Shown piece after piece: positions 21,301 through 31,546 of a stretch of DNA of 64,000 nucleotides. The stretch is taken from contig OY762428.1 in assembly GCA_963665665.1 (NCBI GenBank), positions 2,272,001 through 2,336,000 on the forward strand, given 5' to 3'. How positions within the stretch are numbered: the first letter of the stretch is position 1; each line of letters begins with the position of its first letter. Under the pieces are notes generated by a model, which did no database searches, was not told the DNA's origin, and saw only the letters and a program-made list of their open reading frames with translations. The translations under genes and the position numbers were made by a program. The DNA is from Candidatus Kapaibacterium sp. Lineage in GTDB: Bacteria > Bacteroidota > Ignavibacteria > Kapaibacteriales > UBA2268.

Positions 21301-21773
21301 ACTTCCGGATTGTCCATCAGTTCCCGGCAGACATCATACGGATCAACAGGCGCTGAATATGTTAATTCATAAATTTTTGTAATCTCGCTGCTTTCGGTAG
21401 AAGGAGCATTCCTGTCCTCGAATGGCGCCCTGATTGATTTGATACCAAGGTCGCTGATAGAGGATTGAAGAGTTGAATTTCTGAATCCTTTGTCACCGGC
21501 ATCGACAAGGAATTTTTGCCTGGTTTTAATATGAATCATTCCCTGAACATAGTGTTCGGGTGATACTTTTGGAATACGATATTTTTTTGCTGCAGAATAG
21601 TAATCAGCAGAAATTTTCTTTCCCGGTACATTAATCGTATATGCGAGTTTGAAATCATCGTCAGTTTGTTTCACCGATTTCGGGTATTTAACCGGAGGAG
21701 CAGCTGCAAAAGCACCTGAACTTGCAACAGCAAACATTATCATCATACATAAAGCGGTCATTTTTCTTATCAT
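18324..21773 (-). CDS. Secreted S8 subtilisin-like protease with BNR-type repeats, Ig-like domain and T9SS C-terminal domain
   Basis: Catalytic IVDSG, HGTHVAG and GTSMASP; S/T-x-DGG-x-x-W repeats; PSPNPA...SGTYLI...KLNIVR tail. Confidence 0.9.
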   Translation of the reverse strand: MIRKMTALCMMIMFAVASSGAFAAAPPVKYPKSVKQTDDDFKLAYTINVPGKKISADYYSAAKKYRIPKVSPEHYVQGMIHIKTRQKFLVDAGDKGFRNSTLQSSISDLGIKSIRAPFEDRNAPSTESSEITKIYELTYSAPVDPYDVCRELMDNPEVEYAVPVFIHQPFEYTPNDPLLNNQWAVNNIELKKAWDISKGSKDVLIGIVDSGTQIDHPDLEANIWTNPNEIPDNGEDDDNNGKIDDVNGWDLVGNIDQNQAANGSFREDNNPKPALTSNHHGTHVAGCASAVTDNELGVAGTGFNCSLLPVKCSADNGSVQGIYRGYEGILYAARMGAKIINCSWGGPGFSPAAQEIINEVTEMGSIVVVAAGNDGSNLDTYDQYPAKYDNVLCVGASASNNKMASFSNYGHYTTVFTPGQSIRATYPTDTYSSQNGTSMASPVTAGVCGLVAAYHPDWSPKQIIHQIRSTSDNVLTSDPDLRPLLYGRINAYKALAYNDKNPQLSAPGCEITELSIEGSDVLDNFESRIINMETHNFLANVSDLKITITPMDKYVSIENSEFNIGVLSMNQTKDFDIRLRLLDINPWFEGYAKLLVKFEATNYTDYQMVRIPIQIGSNNVFNNVTALPDWFYAVFHSAKYQGSNVVWAAGQSAVYGGIYFKVGPNGSTINKATNNPVYAVGIINETTACLGDGPSNGSARIYRTVNTGSSWSTIAVNSITGFINDINFFDENNGIFLGDPLGENWGIGSTTDGGKTWARVEGIPAAGAQETGYVGSTYWMGDYGWFGTTTGRVYRTTNRGADWRVSTINSGSYVYYIGFIDENKGIAVYTESADADSDLLVASTSDGGNNWVKNKFNLTDIGLRPVNLFSPPESEMIGIIGSGGQVYLSSNMGQKWFPALSEEANGAQTGCAVPQSGNKMLVWYFSQYINNLLFNYIPPGAKKELTLKTGNKLVFDTLEVGKTKTSFAEIENTGEVDIDITNSVITDDDPQGGDAEFSFMMAAPEQIQIGQTERFRIRFKPAKAGLRKGELKVYSIADNSPLSVVLEGFAVDPGSVNEIIKGEGYSIGMPSPNPAHNKVAIPLEFTNPLNIRIDLVDMTGRIIGNLYDKENLIGSRNVEFDISEIPSGTYLIIIRTGGKDYARKLNIVR

Positions 21774-21914
21774 CCAAATACTCCTTGTTCAAAAAGCTAT
21801 AAATCATATTTCGTAAAGATCTTGAATATACTTATTTTAGATGATAGTTTCAACTGTAAAATTATTATATAATTCCTTATATTATATTTTTCTAACTTTT
21901 TCAATTAAATTGCC

Positions 21915-24212
21915 ATGAAAATTACAAAATATATTCTGATATTTATTACCCTACAGGTTATTCCATTGTCTGCTCAGAACTGGGAATATTTTGAGCGCCG
22001 TGTGGAATATTACATGAACGAGAATAATATTCCCGAAGCATACAATTGGGCTATGCAGCAACTTCAGTTTACTCTTGAAAAGCACGGTACTGAAAGCGGC
22101 TACTATCGCCGTACTGCCGGACTGCTTATGGAAATTCACTTTGCTGCCGGAAATATTGATTCCTGCCTTTACTATGCAAAAATCGACAGTTCACTTCAAA
22201 TTAAGCATGGAAAGCCAAACAGGGGAGACAGCTACAGAAAAACCCTGGCATACATGGGGTTCGCTTACCAGGCAAAAAAGCAATTCGGGCTAGCGGAAAA
22301 TGTACTGCTCGAAGCTTATGAAAACTGTACCGAATATCATGCATTCAACGATTACGAATGCCTGGATATTAAAACTTTTATAGCCGATATGTACCTTCAG
22401 TCCGGTAATTTTGGAAAAGCACAATATTATATTACCGAGCTTAAGAATATCAGGGAACGCGATAAAAAAAGCAACCCGATTGCATTTGCAAGGATATTGA
22501 TTAAATATTCCTCCCTGATGATGGAAACCGGAAATTTTAATGCGGCAGACAGCCTGACCGATTTAAGCCTGACTATTTACAAGAAAAACGGCCCTGATAC
22601 TTTGCTGGATTATCCCGCAGCAATTGAATTTAAAGCACAACTTGCCTTCAGGAAAGGTAATTTGTTTGAAGTAAACAAAATAATGAAAAAATACATAGAA
22701 GCCTCAAAATTGGTTTACGGCATAAGTGAAACATTTTTCGGCTCAGTAAATATTTATTCTGAACTACTTCAGAATATCAGGTTTTATACCAACGGGGTTT
22801 TCTTACTTGAAAATGCTCTGCGTGAATTAGAAGAAGCAAATCTGAACAGCCTTTCTTTAAGAAAAACTACCGCTATATTTCAGGAAAAAGCTGGCAAAAA
22901 ATCCGAATCTCTGAAAAATATGCAGGAAGTTTACCAGCAGGAAAGTTCTTCAGCAACAGGAGTGCCGCTTACAACTATTGCCAGCGATGCAAATACCCTG
23001 GCCATGATGAATGCTGATGCCGGTAAGTATGGCATTGCCGGGCAACTGTTTAATAATGCCCAACTGATGTTCACTAATGTATACGGAGATAACAGTCCGA
23101 GCCATGCTATTGTACTGCAAAACAAAGCTTCGGTACTGGCAATGGAAGGAAATTATCCCGGAGCGATAAGCTCTATCGATAAAGCCATGAATATACTGAG
23201 GAAAGATACAAACCGCTACCTTCAGTTTATGCTGGCCCTTAAAACAAAAGCTGAAATCCAAAGGAAATCCGGCGATATTGAAGCTGCCTCTAATTCACTC
23301 GACACTGTGGTTATGAACCTTGGGGGACTTATGCCTGGCCATCCCTACTATCCTGTGTTTCTTAATGCCTACGCAGATTATGCCGAGGTGAATATAATAC
23401 GCGGAAACAGTAAAATTGTATATAGCAGGCTGCAGAATATTGCTAATGAGGCTGATTCTGTTTATTATCAAAACAATCCCAATATATTAAAACTAAGGCT
23501 GCTTATGGCCCTGGCCGGGCTGGAATCCGGGATTAAAAGTTCCGCCTTCAATAACATCTGGGAGGATGCTGAACATTATTATATATATGATTACCCCTTC
23601 CTTGATTACAAAGCACGGAAATCATTCCGGGAGCTTGCCGTGTTCATCGGCAGCAGGCTGGCAGGAAAGAATCGATTCAGATTTGATAACGGATTAACTG
23701 ATTTTCTAATAGCCGGTATTAGTTCAAATTACAAACTGCATCCGTCAATGCTGTTCAATACCGACAGCCTGAGAAATAAAAGCATATTGGATATTTCAGA
23801 AGCCGGAGAACTGAAAATGCTTCTTCTTGGAGGATTCAAAACCAAGGATAATAACCCTTTTTTATACCCTGATTCCGTGGATAAAATAAAAATGGAAAGA
23901 GCGGAAAAACTGAAAGACAGCAAATTATATTATGAAATATTTCCTCAGGCCAAAATAATTAGTTACGCCAATAAAATGATTATTACAGCATCTGATGATA
24001 ATGTGCTAATTATTCTTAAAAAATCAGAAAAGATCAGCTCTCATCATTTTAGCATGAAAGATTTTAAAAATCCGAAATCGGGCGAATGGAAAAAGATCAA
24101 CAAAGCATTGAAAGGAATTGACAGAATAGTTGTTATTTCAACCGATAGTAAGCTGAGCAAGGCTGCCAATAGTAATATCCCTGAATCAGTAAAAGTAATA
24201 TGCGAAAAATAA
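21915..24212 (+). CDS. Secreted TPR-repeat protein, possibly with a truncated CHAT domain
   Basis: Signal peptide and kinesin-light-chain-like TPRs; C-terminal WKKINKALKGIDRIVVISTD. Confidence 0.6.
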   Translation: MKITKYILIFITLQVIPLSAQNWEYFERRVEYYMNENNIPEAYNWAMQQLQFTLEKHGTESGYYRRTAGLLMEIHFAAGNIDSCLYYAKIDSSLQIKHGKPNRGDSYRKTLAYMGFAYQAKKQFGLAENVLLEAYENCTEYHAFNDYECLDIKTFIADMYLQSGNFGKAQYYITELKNIRERDKKSNPIAFARILIKYSSLMMETGNFNAADSLTDLSLTIYKKNGPDTLLDYPAAIEFKAQLAFRKGNLFEVNKIMKKYIEASKLVYGISETFFGSVNIYSELLQNIRFYTNGVFLLENALRELEEANLNSLSLRKTTAIFQEKAGKKSESLKNMQEVYQQESSSATGVPLTTIASDANTLAMMNADAGKYGIAGQLFNNAQLMFTNVYGDNSPSHAIVLQNKASVLAMEGNYPGAISSIDKAMNILRKDTNRYLQFMLALKTKAEIQRKSGDIEAASNSLDTVVMNLGGLMPGHPYYPVFLNAYADYAEVNIIRGNSKIVYSRLQNIANEADSVYYQNNPNILKLRLLMALAGLESGIKSSAFNNIWEDAEHYYIYDYPFLDYKARKSFRELAVFIGSRLAGKNRFRFDNGLTDFLIAGISSNYKLHPSMLFNTDSLRNKSILDISEAGELKMLLLGGFKTKDNNPFLYPDSVDKIKMERAEKLKDSKLYYEIFPQAKIISYANKMIITASDDNVLIILKKSEKISSHHFSMKDFKNPKSGEWKKINKALKGIDRIVVISTDSKLSKAANSNIPESVKVICEK

Positions 24213-24583
24213 ATTGAATTAAGATATCTTAATTGTAAAAAAAATGATTGCTGATAACTTGCGGGATAAGCGGTATACTTGCTGAACTTTTCCGCTACCA
24301 TCCGGATGACAATATCAGCACAGGCGTTTATTTCCTTCATTTCATTGATTCCGAAGGAAACGTTATTTCTCAGAAGATTGTATGGGAGTGATAGGTATTA
24401 TAAGAGCGAAATTTCCATATATCTAATCACCAATTCATATAATTTTTAAAAACTAAAATATTATGAAAATAATTTCGACTTTAAGCAAAATTCCGGTTTT
24501 AATTTTTACAAACCGTAAAGTTTCATATTTTTGTACGAGAGTAAATTTTGATAATTTTTTTAACTTTTTCAGGAATATTGGTT

Positions 24584-24907
24584 ATGGCGCAACCATTACA
24601 TTTAACAGACGACATGTTCGAAAACGAAGTAATTAAATCGGATGTTCCGGTAGTAATAGATTTCTGGGCAACATGGTGCGGCCCCTGCCGTATGATTGCT
24701 CCGATTATCGAGGAAATGGCAAATGAATTCGAAGGTAAAGCAAAGATATGTAAGCTTGATGTTGACAATAACCAGCAGACAGCTATGCAGTTCGGCATTC
24801 GTTCTATCCCCACAGTTCTTATCTTCAAGAACGGCGAAGTAGTAGAATCTATCGTCGGGGCAGTGCCAAAACAGCAGATTGTCAGCAAGCTTGAAGCCCA
24901 CATGTAA
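24584..24907 (+). CDS. trxA: Thioredoxin
   Basis: WCGPC active site; ATG at 24584 gives a canonical 107-aa protein. Confidence 0.95.
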   Translation: MAQPLHLTDDMFENEVIKSDVPVVIDFWATWCGPCRMIAPIIEEMANEFEGKAKICKLDVDNNQQTAMQFGIRSIPTVLIFKNGEVVESIVGAVPKQQIVSKLEAHM

Positions 24908-24917
24908 TAAAATTTTA

Positions 24918-24944
24918 AGGCGGATTCAATTCCGCCTGTTTTTT
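24918..24944 (+). terminator. Intrinsic terminator after trxA
   Basis: AGGCGGA-ttcaat-TCCGCCT followed by a T-tract. Confidence 0.6.
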
Positions 24945-24967
24945 GTTTATTAAATTGCGAGGTCAAA

Positions 24968-25261
24968 ATGCAGCGTCCGGAATTACTCCCGGAAGAAGAA
25001 ATTAATTCTCATCTGATTTCCCGCCCGCTCTGGAAACATGAGGATAACCTTATATACAGGGACTTCGCCCTTGCCAATTTCACAGCCTGCATGGGCCTGG
25101 CAAATTCCGTAGCCATCCTTGCCGAAAAAATGGATCATCACCCGGAAATCAGGCTTTATGCCTGGAATAAAATCCGTTTTACCCTGATGACCCACGACAA
25201 AGGCGGTCTTACATCTCTTGATTTCCAACTGGCAAAGCAGATTGACGAGCTTGGTTTTTGA
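24968..25261 (+). CDS. Pterin-4-alpha-carbinolamine dehydratase
   Basis: AEKMDHHPEI and THDKGGLTSLDFQLA motifs. Confidence 0.9.
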   Translation: MQRPELLPEEEINSHLISRPLWKHEDNLIYRDFALANFTACMGLANSVAILAEKMDHHPEIRLYAWNKIRFTLMTHDKGGLTSLDFQLAKQIDELGF

Positions 25262-25449
25262 TTCTTTGAAAACAAAGTTAAAAATGCTCTTTCGGATATC
25301 TTATCCGAAAGGAGAACAGGATTGGGAAATCCTCTCCCTATTGTACGTAGGGACAGGGATTCACCGACGAGCTATGTAGGTTAAAATCTTTATCGTTCTT
25401 TAAAAATTTATAGCAGATCCTTATGACGATAAACCATAAGCTACAATGC

Positions 25450-25540
25450 TGTCACTCTGAGCGAAGCGAAGAGTCCATTCTTCTGCAATGTTTGATTGAA
25501 AATATGGATTCTTCAGTCGATGCGCTCTTTCAGAATGACA
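25450..25540. repeat. REP-like palindromic element, copy 2 (inverted relative to copy 1)
   Basis: TGTCACTCTGAGCGAAGCGAAGAGTCC...GGATTCTTCAGTCGATGCGCTCTTTCAGAATGACA. Confidence 0.8.
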
Positions 25541-25660
25541 CTTTCGGATTTTTTCTCAAAAAATTGCTATAAATTTTCAATGCTGAGTAGGTACAAAAAA
25601 TAGAAAAGTTTTTTTATATAATAATTCAGATATTTCCATTTTAATATTTTATTCAATTGA

Positions 25661-26953
<1,293 letters not shown>

Positions 26954-27042
26954 AATATATTTGTAAATATACAATTATACCTTTATCCCCTCTTTTTTTT
27001 AAGGAGGGGAATTTTTTATTCAATTTTCCGATATAAATAACA

Positions 27043-27813
27043 TTAGAAATTATTCTCAACATCAAATGAACTAACCAGGAAACCCGGGTTCAGCAGTGAT
27101 TCTTTGTTGTAGATAAAACGTCTGCCACCGTTCTCAACCATACCGCCAGCTGCTTCCACAACACCCTGGCCTGCAGCAGTGTCCCATTCCATGGTAGGCC
27201 CTCCCCGGAAATACAGATGGGCTTTGCCCTCGGCCACCATACAGAATTTCAGTGAGCTGCCCCTGGAAATTGACTCAACAACATTAAATTTCGCAAGGAA
27301 TTCCTTTTCTGCTTCGCCGGCATGGGAACGTGACTGAACGGCGATTATTCCTTCGCCTGTGTTCTGATTAACTTTTATCTCTTCCTTAACTCCTTTGGTT
27401 ATTTTAAAAGCACCTTCTCCTTTTGTTCCAATATAAATATCATCCAATACTGGCGCTGATACTATACCAAATACCGGGTAACCGTCTTCTATCAGGGCAA
27501 TATTCACAGTAAATTCGCCGTTACGTTTTATAAATTCCTTTGTTCCGTCCAGAGGGTCAACCAGAAAGAAGCGTCTCCAATTCTTACGGTTTTCGTAGGG
27601 AATTTCCTTCTCTTCCTCTGAAATAATTGGAATATCCGGGTAGAATTCTCTTAAAGATTCAGTAATAACCTTATTTGAAGCTTTGTCGGCTTTTGTAAGC
27701 GGAGAGTTATCCGATTTCATCTCAACTCCGAAATCATCAGTATGGTAAATATCCATAATAGCTTTTCCGGCTTCAATAACTATCTCAATCATTTTATCAT
27801 TGTCAATCAGCAT
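27043..27813 (-). CDS. cysQ: 3'(2'),5'-bisphosphate nucleotidase CysQ
   Basis: SPLTKAD, DPLDGTKEFIKRNGEFTVNIAL, GSSLKFC and EWDTAAG motifs. Confidence 0.92.
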   Translation of the reverse strand: MLIDNDKMIEIVIEAGKAIMDIYHTDDFGVEMKSDNSPLTKADKASNKVITESLREFYPDIPIISEEEKEIPYENRKNWRRFFLVDPLDGTKEFIKRNGEFTVNIALIEDGYPVFGIVSAPVLDDIYIGTKGEGAFKITKGVKEEIKVNQNTGEGIIAVQSRSHAGEAEKEFLAKFNVVESISRGSSLKFCMVAEGKAHLYFRGGPTMEWDTAAGQGVVEAAGGMVENGGRRFIYNKESLLNPGFLVSSFDVENNF

Positions 27814-27999
27814 TTTTCATTTCCATTATTAATAAAGAACAAAATTAAACAATAAGAAACACTTTTATCGATCTTTATCATAAGAATTTTACCTTATCCG
27901 GCAGAAACAGTATTTTTTTAACTTTGTGAAAACTTAAAAAAATTTTATTTTTATAATGGATAATTTATATAATTATTTAATCATACAGGGAGAAACCAA

Positions 28000-28677
28000 A
28001 TGCTGAAAGTTACATACCTTAGCCACTCTGCTTTTATGCTTGACGACGGAGAGAACAAAGTTCTGATCGATCCGTTTATTACCGGAAACCCGGTTGCTCC
28101 GGTACAAGCCGATAACATTGATGCCGAATTTATTGTGCTTACTCATGGACATGGCGACCACCTTGGGGACGGGTTTGATATTGCTAAAAGAAATAACGGA
28201 ACGATAATAGCTGTAAACGAACTTGCTAATTTTGCTGCCGAAAATGGTATTAACGCACATAACATGCATATAGGCGGCGCATATAATTTTCCTTTTGGCA
28301 GGGTAAAGTTTACAATTGCTCATCATGGTTCTGCCAATAACGAAGGACGTTATATGGGCCCCGCATCAGGTGTGGTTATAACTATGGGCGGAAAAACTAT
28401 TTATCATGCCGGCGACACCGGACTATTCCTTGATATGAAACTTATCGGCGAACTTGATAAAATTGACCTTTTCATGGCTCCCATTGGCGATAACTTTACA
28501 ATGGGTATTGATGATGCCGTAAAGGCCACAGAATTTGTGAATCCCGGAATGGCTGTACCTATACATTACAATACATTCCCTGTTATTCCTGCTGATCCTG
28601 AAGAGTTTAAAAGGAAAGTGGAATCTATAGGCAAAAAATGCAAAGTGATGGAATTTGGCGAAACAATAGAGTTGTAA
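28000..28677 (+). CDS. UPF0173 metal-dependent hydrolase (metallo-beta-lactamase fold)
   Basis: THGHGDHLGD, YHAGDT, PIGDNFTM and PIHYNTF motifs. Confidence 0.9.
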   Translation: MLKVTYLSHSAFMLDDGENKVLIDPFITGNPVAPVQADNIDAEFIVLTHGHGDHLGDGFDIAKRNNGTIIAVNELANFAAENGINAHNMHIGGAYNFPFGRVKFTIAHHGSANNEGRYMGPASGVVITMGGKTIYHAGDTGLFLDMKLIGELDKIDLFMAPIGDNFTMGIDDAVKATEFVNPGMAVPIHYNTFPVIPADPEEFKRKVESIGKKCKVMEFGETIEL

Positions 28678-28719
28678 ATAATTTAATAATTTCTTCTTGT
28701 TTGAAAATTATGAAAAGCG

Positions 28720-28827
28720 GTCATTCTGATGGAACGAAGCGACCGAAGAATCCATACTATAATATTTTGGCCAGGAATAATATAAACTCGCAGGAATACT
28801 GGATTCTTCGCTTCGCTCAAAATGACA
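28720..28827. repeat. REP-like palindromic element, copy 3
   Basis: GTCATTCTGATGGAACGAAGCGACCGAAGAATCCA...TGGATTCTTCGCTTCGCTCAAAATGACA. Confidence 0.8.
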
Positions 28828-28932
28828 GATGTAAATTAAATGTTGAGTAATACATTTTTTAAATATTATAACAAAAAATGTCCGGCTTATTCAAAATATA
28901 AACCGGACATTATATTATTTAATTTTTAGATA

Positions 28933-29658
28933 TTATTCAGCCTGGTGAACGTCGCCGCTGCCTTTTATATCAACATAAACATTCTGCGGTTTTCCGGTAT
29001 AATAAACATCTCCGCTACCGTAGATTTTAACGCTCAGGTCTTCCTTAACATTCAGCCTGCAATTACCTGAACCATATATTTCTATATCAGATATTTTCGT
29101 TGTAAAGTCGGTTAATTTAAAATCACCTGACCCTTTAATTTCAAATTTTGTTTTTTCGGCTTTGCCCTTAACTGATATATCACCTGAGCCAAGAATTTCG
29201 CCTTTCAATTTCTCAGATTCAATCTCCATAGCAATATCACCTGACCCTTTGATAACCAGGGCAATAAGATCTGTTTTTATTGGCGTTTCTCCTACAATAT
29301 CACCGGATCCCTTGATCATAATGCCTTCATAATCAGGAGATGTAACGTAAACATCAAATCTTGAAGGGCAAATTGAACCAACGGAAGAAATAATAAGTGT
29401 ACTACCGGAAACCTCTGTTGTTACCTGTTCGATAATATTATCATCGGTAACAACTTTTACTTTAGTTTCATTTCCCTGGCTTACAAAAATATTTGAAGAA
29501 CCTTTAAGGACAATTTTATTAAATTGGTTCACATCCCTGTATTCTTCAACAATTTTCTCGGAACCCTGAACACAGTTAAGGCAGGTATTGAAACATGAAG
29601 TCATTGTGAATGAAAGAATTAAAGCTGATATTATAATAACTGGTTTGAAAATTTTCAT
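28933..29658 (-). CDS. DUF2807 (head GIN domain) lipoprotein
   Basis: Lipobox MTSC and repeated I-x-GSGD motifs; start placed at MKIFKP. Confidence 0.85.
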   Translation of the reverse strand: MKIFKPVIIISALILSFTMTSCFNTCLNCVQGSEKIVEEYRDVNQFNKIVLKGSSNIFVSQGNETKVKVVTDDNIIEQVTTEVSGSTLIISSVGSICPSRFDVYVTSPDYEGIMIKGSGDIVGETPIKTDLIALVIKGSGDIAMEIESEKLKGEILGSGDISVKGKAEKTKFEIKGSGDFKLTDFTTKISDIEIYGSGNCRLNVKEDLSVKIYGSGDVYYTGKPQNVYVDIKGSGDVHQAE

Positions 29659-29775
29659 ATAAAAACTCCGATTTTTGATATTATCCATCATTTTCATTAC
29701 GCAAAATATCTTATAAAGTTTCGTAATATTTTAATAAGTTGAAATATTAAAATTATAGCAGGAATTGAATAAGTA

Positions 29776-31338
29776 ATGACAAATAATGTTATCAATCTGA
29801 AGAAAAAGATAAAAGATTTTAAAACCGAAGGAATCAAATTTTCCGTATCAGGCAGGGAAATTCTGCCATATTATGATATAATTGATTTTCTAAAAATATA
29901 TTATCCGTTTATTAATTTGAAACAGATAGAAAGTTCATTTGGCAGTACATATATACCCTCTGATTTGTATGGCGGAAGGAAGTATAACCCTGAAAAATCA
30001 TTTACTGACGGGCATATTGCAAAATTGGCTGAGAATAATATTAACTTATCTTTAACACTTACCAATCATTACTTTTCTCCGGATATTTACGAAAAAAGTA
30101 AATATTTACTTGAGAAATACCATAAAGCCGGCAATTCAGTAATATGTGTAAATGATGAACTTGCAAAACAGATAAGGATTGATTTCCCGAAATATCAGCT
30201 CAGGGCAAGTATTATTAAAAATATAAATACTTTGAAAAAAGTTGAGGAAAATCTGGAAATATATGATTTTATTGTGATACCCATGGATAAAAATGACGAT
30301 GATGAATTTTTGAAAAGCCTGCCGGAAAAGAAAAAAATTATGCTTTTTGCCAATGCATCATGCGCTTATTCATGCCCGACAAGAACCTGCTATAAAGGAT
30401 TTTCGGAGGTAAATAGAGGTGGCGATCAGGTAAATCTTTGCTCAAGAAATAAAGTTGACAGATTGAACATGGGGCTTGTATTTTTTGATGTGCTGAAATT
30501 CAGGGATATGGGATTTGATTATTTTAAACTTGTTCCTTTGAAACAATATAAAACTAATGATGTAATAAAATTTTACAGCGAAAAAAGACTAAAACAAAAA
30601 ATTAATTTTAATGAAAAAAACATGTTTTATTTGTGTTCATTCCCAAAATCCGGGAGGACATGGCTGCGCTTTATACTGGCAAATTATATTAATCTATATT
30701 TTAAAACCGACGAAAAAATTAACCTTAACAATATGTTTGAATTCATTCCTAATAATATTTACGGAGGGCAAAAAGGTTTTGCCAGATTCAGATATTATAA
30801 CAGGCCGGAAATACCACTAATTTTATCTACCCATGAGAAATACAATCCGAATATTTTCAGTGAAAAAAGAATAATATTTTTAAAAAGGAACCCTTTGGAT
30901 ACGATAGTATCATACTATTTTCATATTAAAAATGATCCGGGATATCGGGGAAATATAAGCGAATTTATAAGAGATAAAAAATTTGGTATCAGGTATCTGA
31001 AAAGATACTATAAATTATGGGAAAAAAATCTGAATAATGAAAGTCTTATTATAAGCTATGAGGATATGATAGATGATATTGAATCTGTTATCATCAATGT
31101 TTTGAATTTTATTAATATTCAGGTTGATAATGAAATATTGAAGGAATCAATTAACAATTCTGATATTAATAATATGAGAAATTCAGAAAATCTGGTTAAA
31201 ATCCCTGACATGAATGAAAGTGCCGTCAGGGTAAGAAAAGGAAAGACAAATAATTACATGAATTATTTGTCTGAAGAGGATATTAAATATTGTAATGATA
31301 TTTTAGATGTAAAATTACATAAACTATTGGAAAAATAG
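29776..31338 (+). CDS. Fusion of a Cys-rich U32-like domain and a PAPS-dependent sulfotransferase
   Basis: C-terminal half has CSFPKSGRTW (5'-PSB), RNPLDTIVSYY (3'-PB), YED and VRKG. N-terminal half has GGR, LTLTN, ASII and NASCAYSCPTRTCY...C, which resemble U32-like TIM-barrel proteins (less certain). Confidence 0.7.
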   Translation: MTNNVINLKKKIKDFKTEGIKFSVSGREILPYYDIIDFLKIYYPFINLKQIESSFGSTYIPSDLYGGRKYNPEKSFTDGHIAKLAENNINLSLTLTNHYFSPDIYEKSKYLLEKYHKAGNSVICVNDELAKQIRIDFPKYQLRASIIKNINTLKKVEENLEIYDFIVIPMDKNDDDEFLKSLPEKKKIMLFANASCAYSCPTRTCYKGFSEVNRGGDQVNLCSRNKVDRLNMGLVFFDVLKFRDMGFDYFKLVPLKQYKTNDVIKFYSEKRLKQKINFNEKNMFYLCSFPKSGRTWLRFILANYINLYFKTDEKINLNNMFEFIPNNIYGGQKGFARFRYYNRPEIPLILSTHEKYNPNIFSEKRIIFLKRNPLDTIVSYYFHIKNDPGYRGNISEFIRDKKFGIRYLKRYYKLWEKNLNNESLIISYEDMIDDIESVIINVLNFINIQVDNEILKESINNSDINNMRNSENLVKIPDMNESAVRVRKGKTNNYMNYLSEEDIKYCNDILDVKLHKLLEK

Positions 31339-31350
31339 TTATTATGATAT

Positions 31351-31476
31351 CTAAGAAGTATGATAAGTATCGCTTTCGCCATCAGTTTCAGGTGGTGAAG
31401 AAATATTTCCATCAGTATCGCTTGAATCAAAATCAATTACCTGTGGCTTTTTCCATTCTTTTTTATTGTCTTTCAT
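31351..31476 (-). CDS. Lasso peptide precursor (41 aa; absent from the ORF track)
   Basis: MKDNKKEWKKPQVIDFDSSDTD|GNISSPPETDGESDTYHTS*. It has a WxxP leader motif, Thr at -2, Gly1, Glu8 and a C-terminal Ser, and lies 70 bp downstream of the cyclase on the same strand. Confidence 0.9.
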   Translation of the reverse strand: MKDNKKEWKKPQVIDFDSSDTDGNISSPPETDGESDTYHTS

Positions 31477-31546
31477 AATCAATTCTTTTTTTTTAAATAT
31501 ATATCAACTTAATCTGGATATAATATACTTAATTGTACAGTTAAAT

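Noticed and set aside
24044-24340. 98-aa minus-strand ORF
   Set aside because: It overlaps the TPR gene end on the opposite strand and has no recognisable features.
31351-31386. Alternative lasso cleavage at the second T-D|G, giving core GESDTYHTS
   Set aside because: A 9-aa core has no Asp/Glu at positions 7-9 and no tail to thread.
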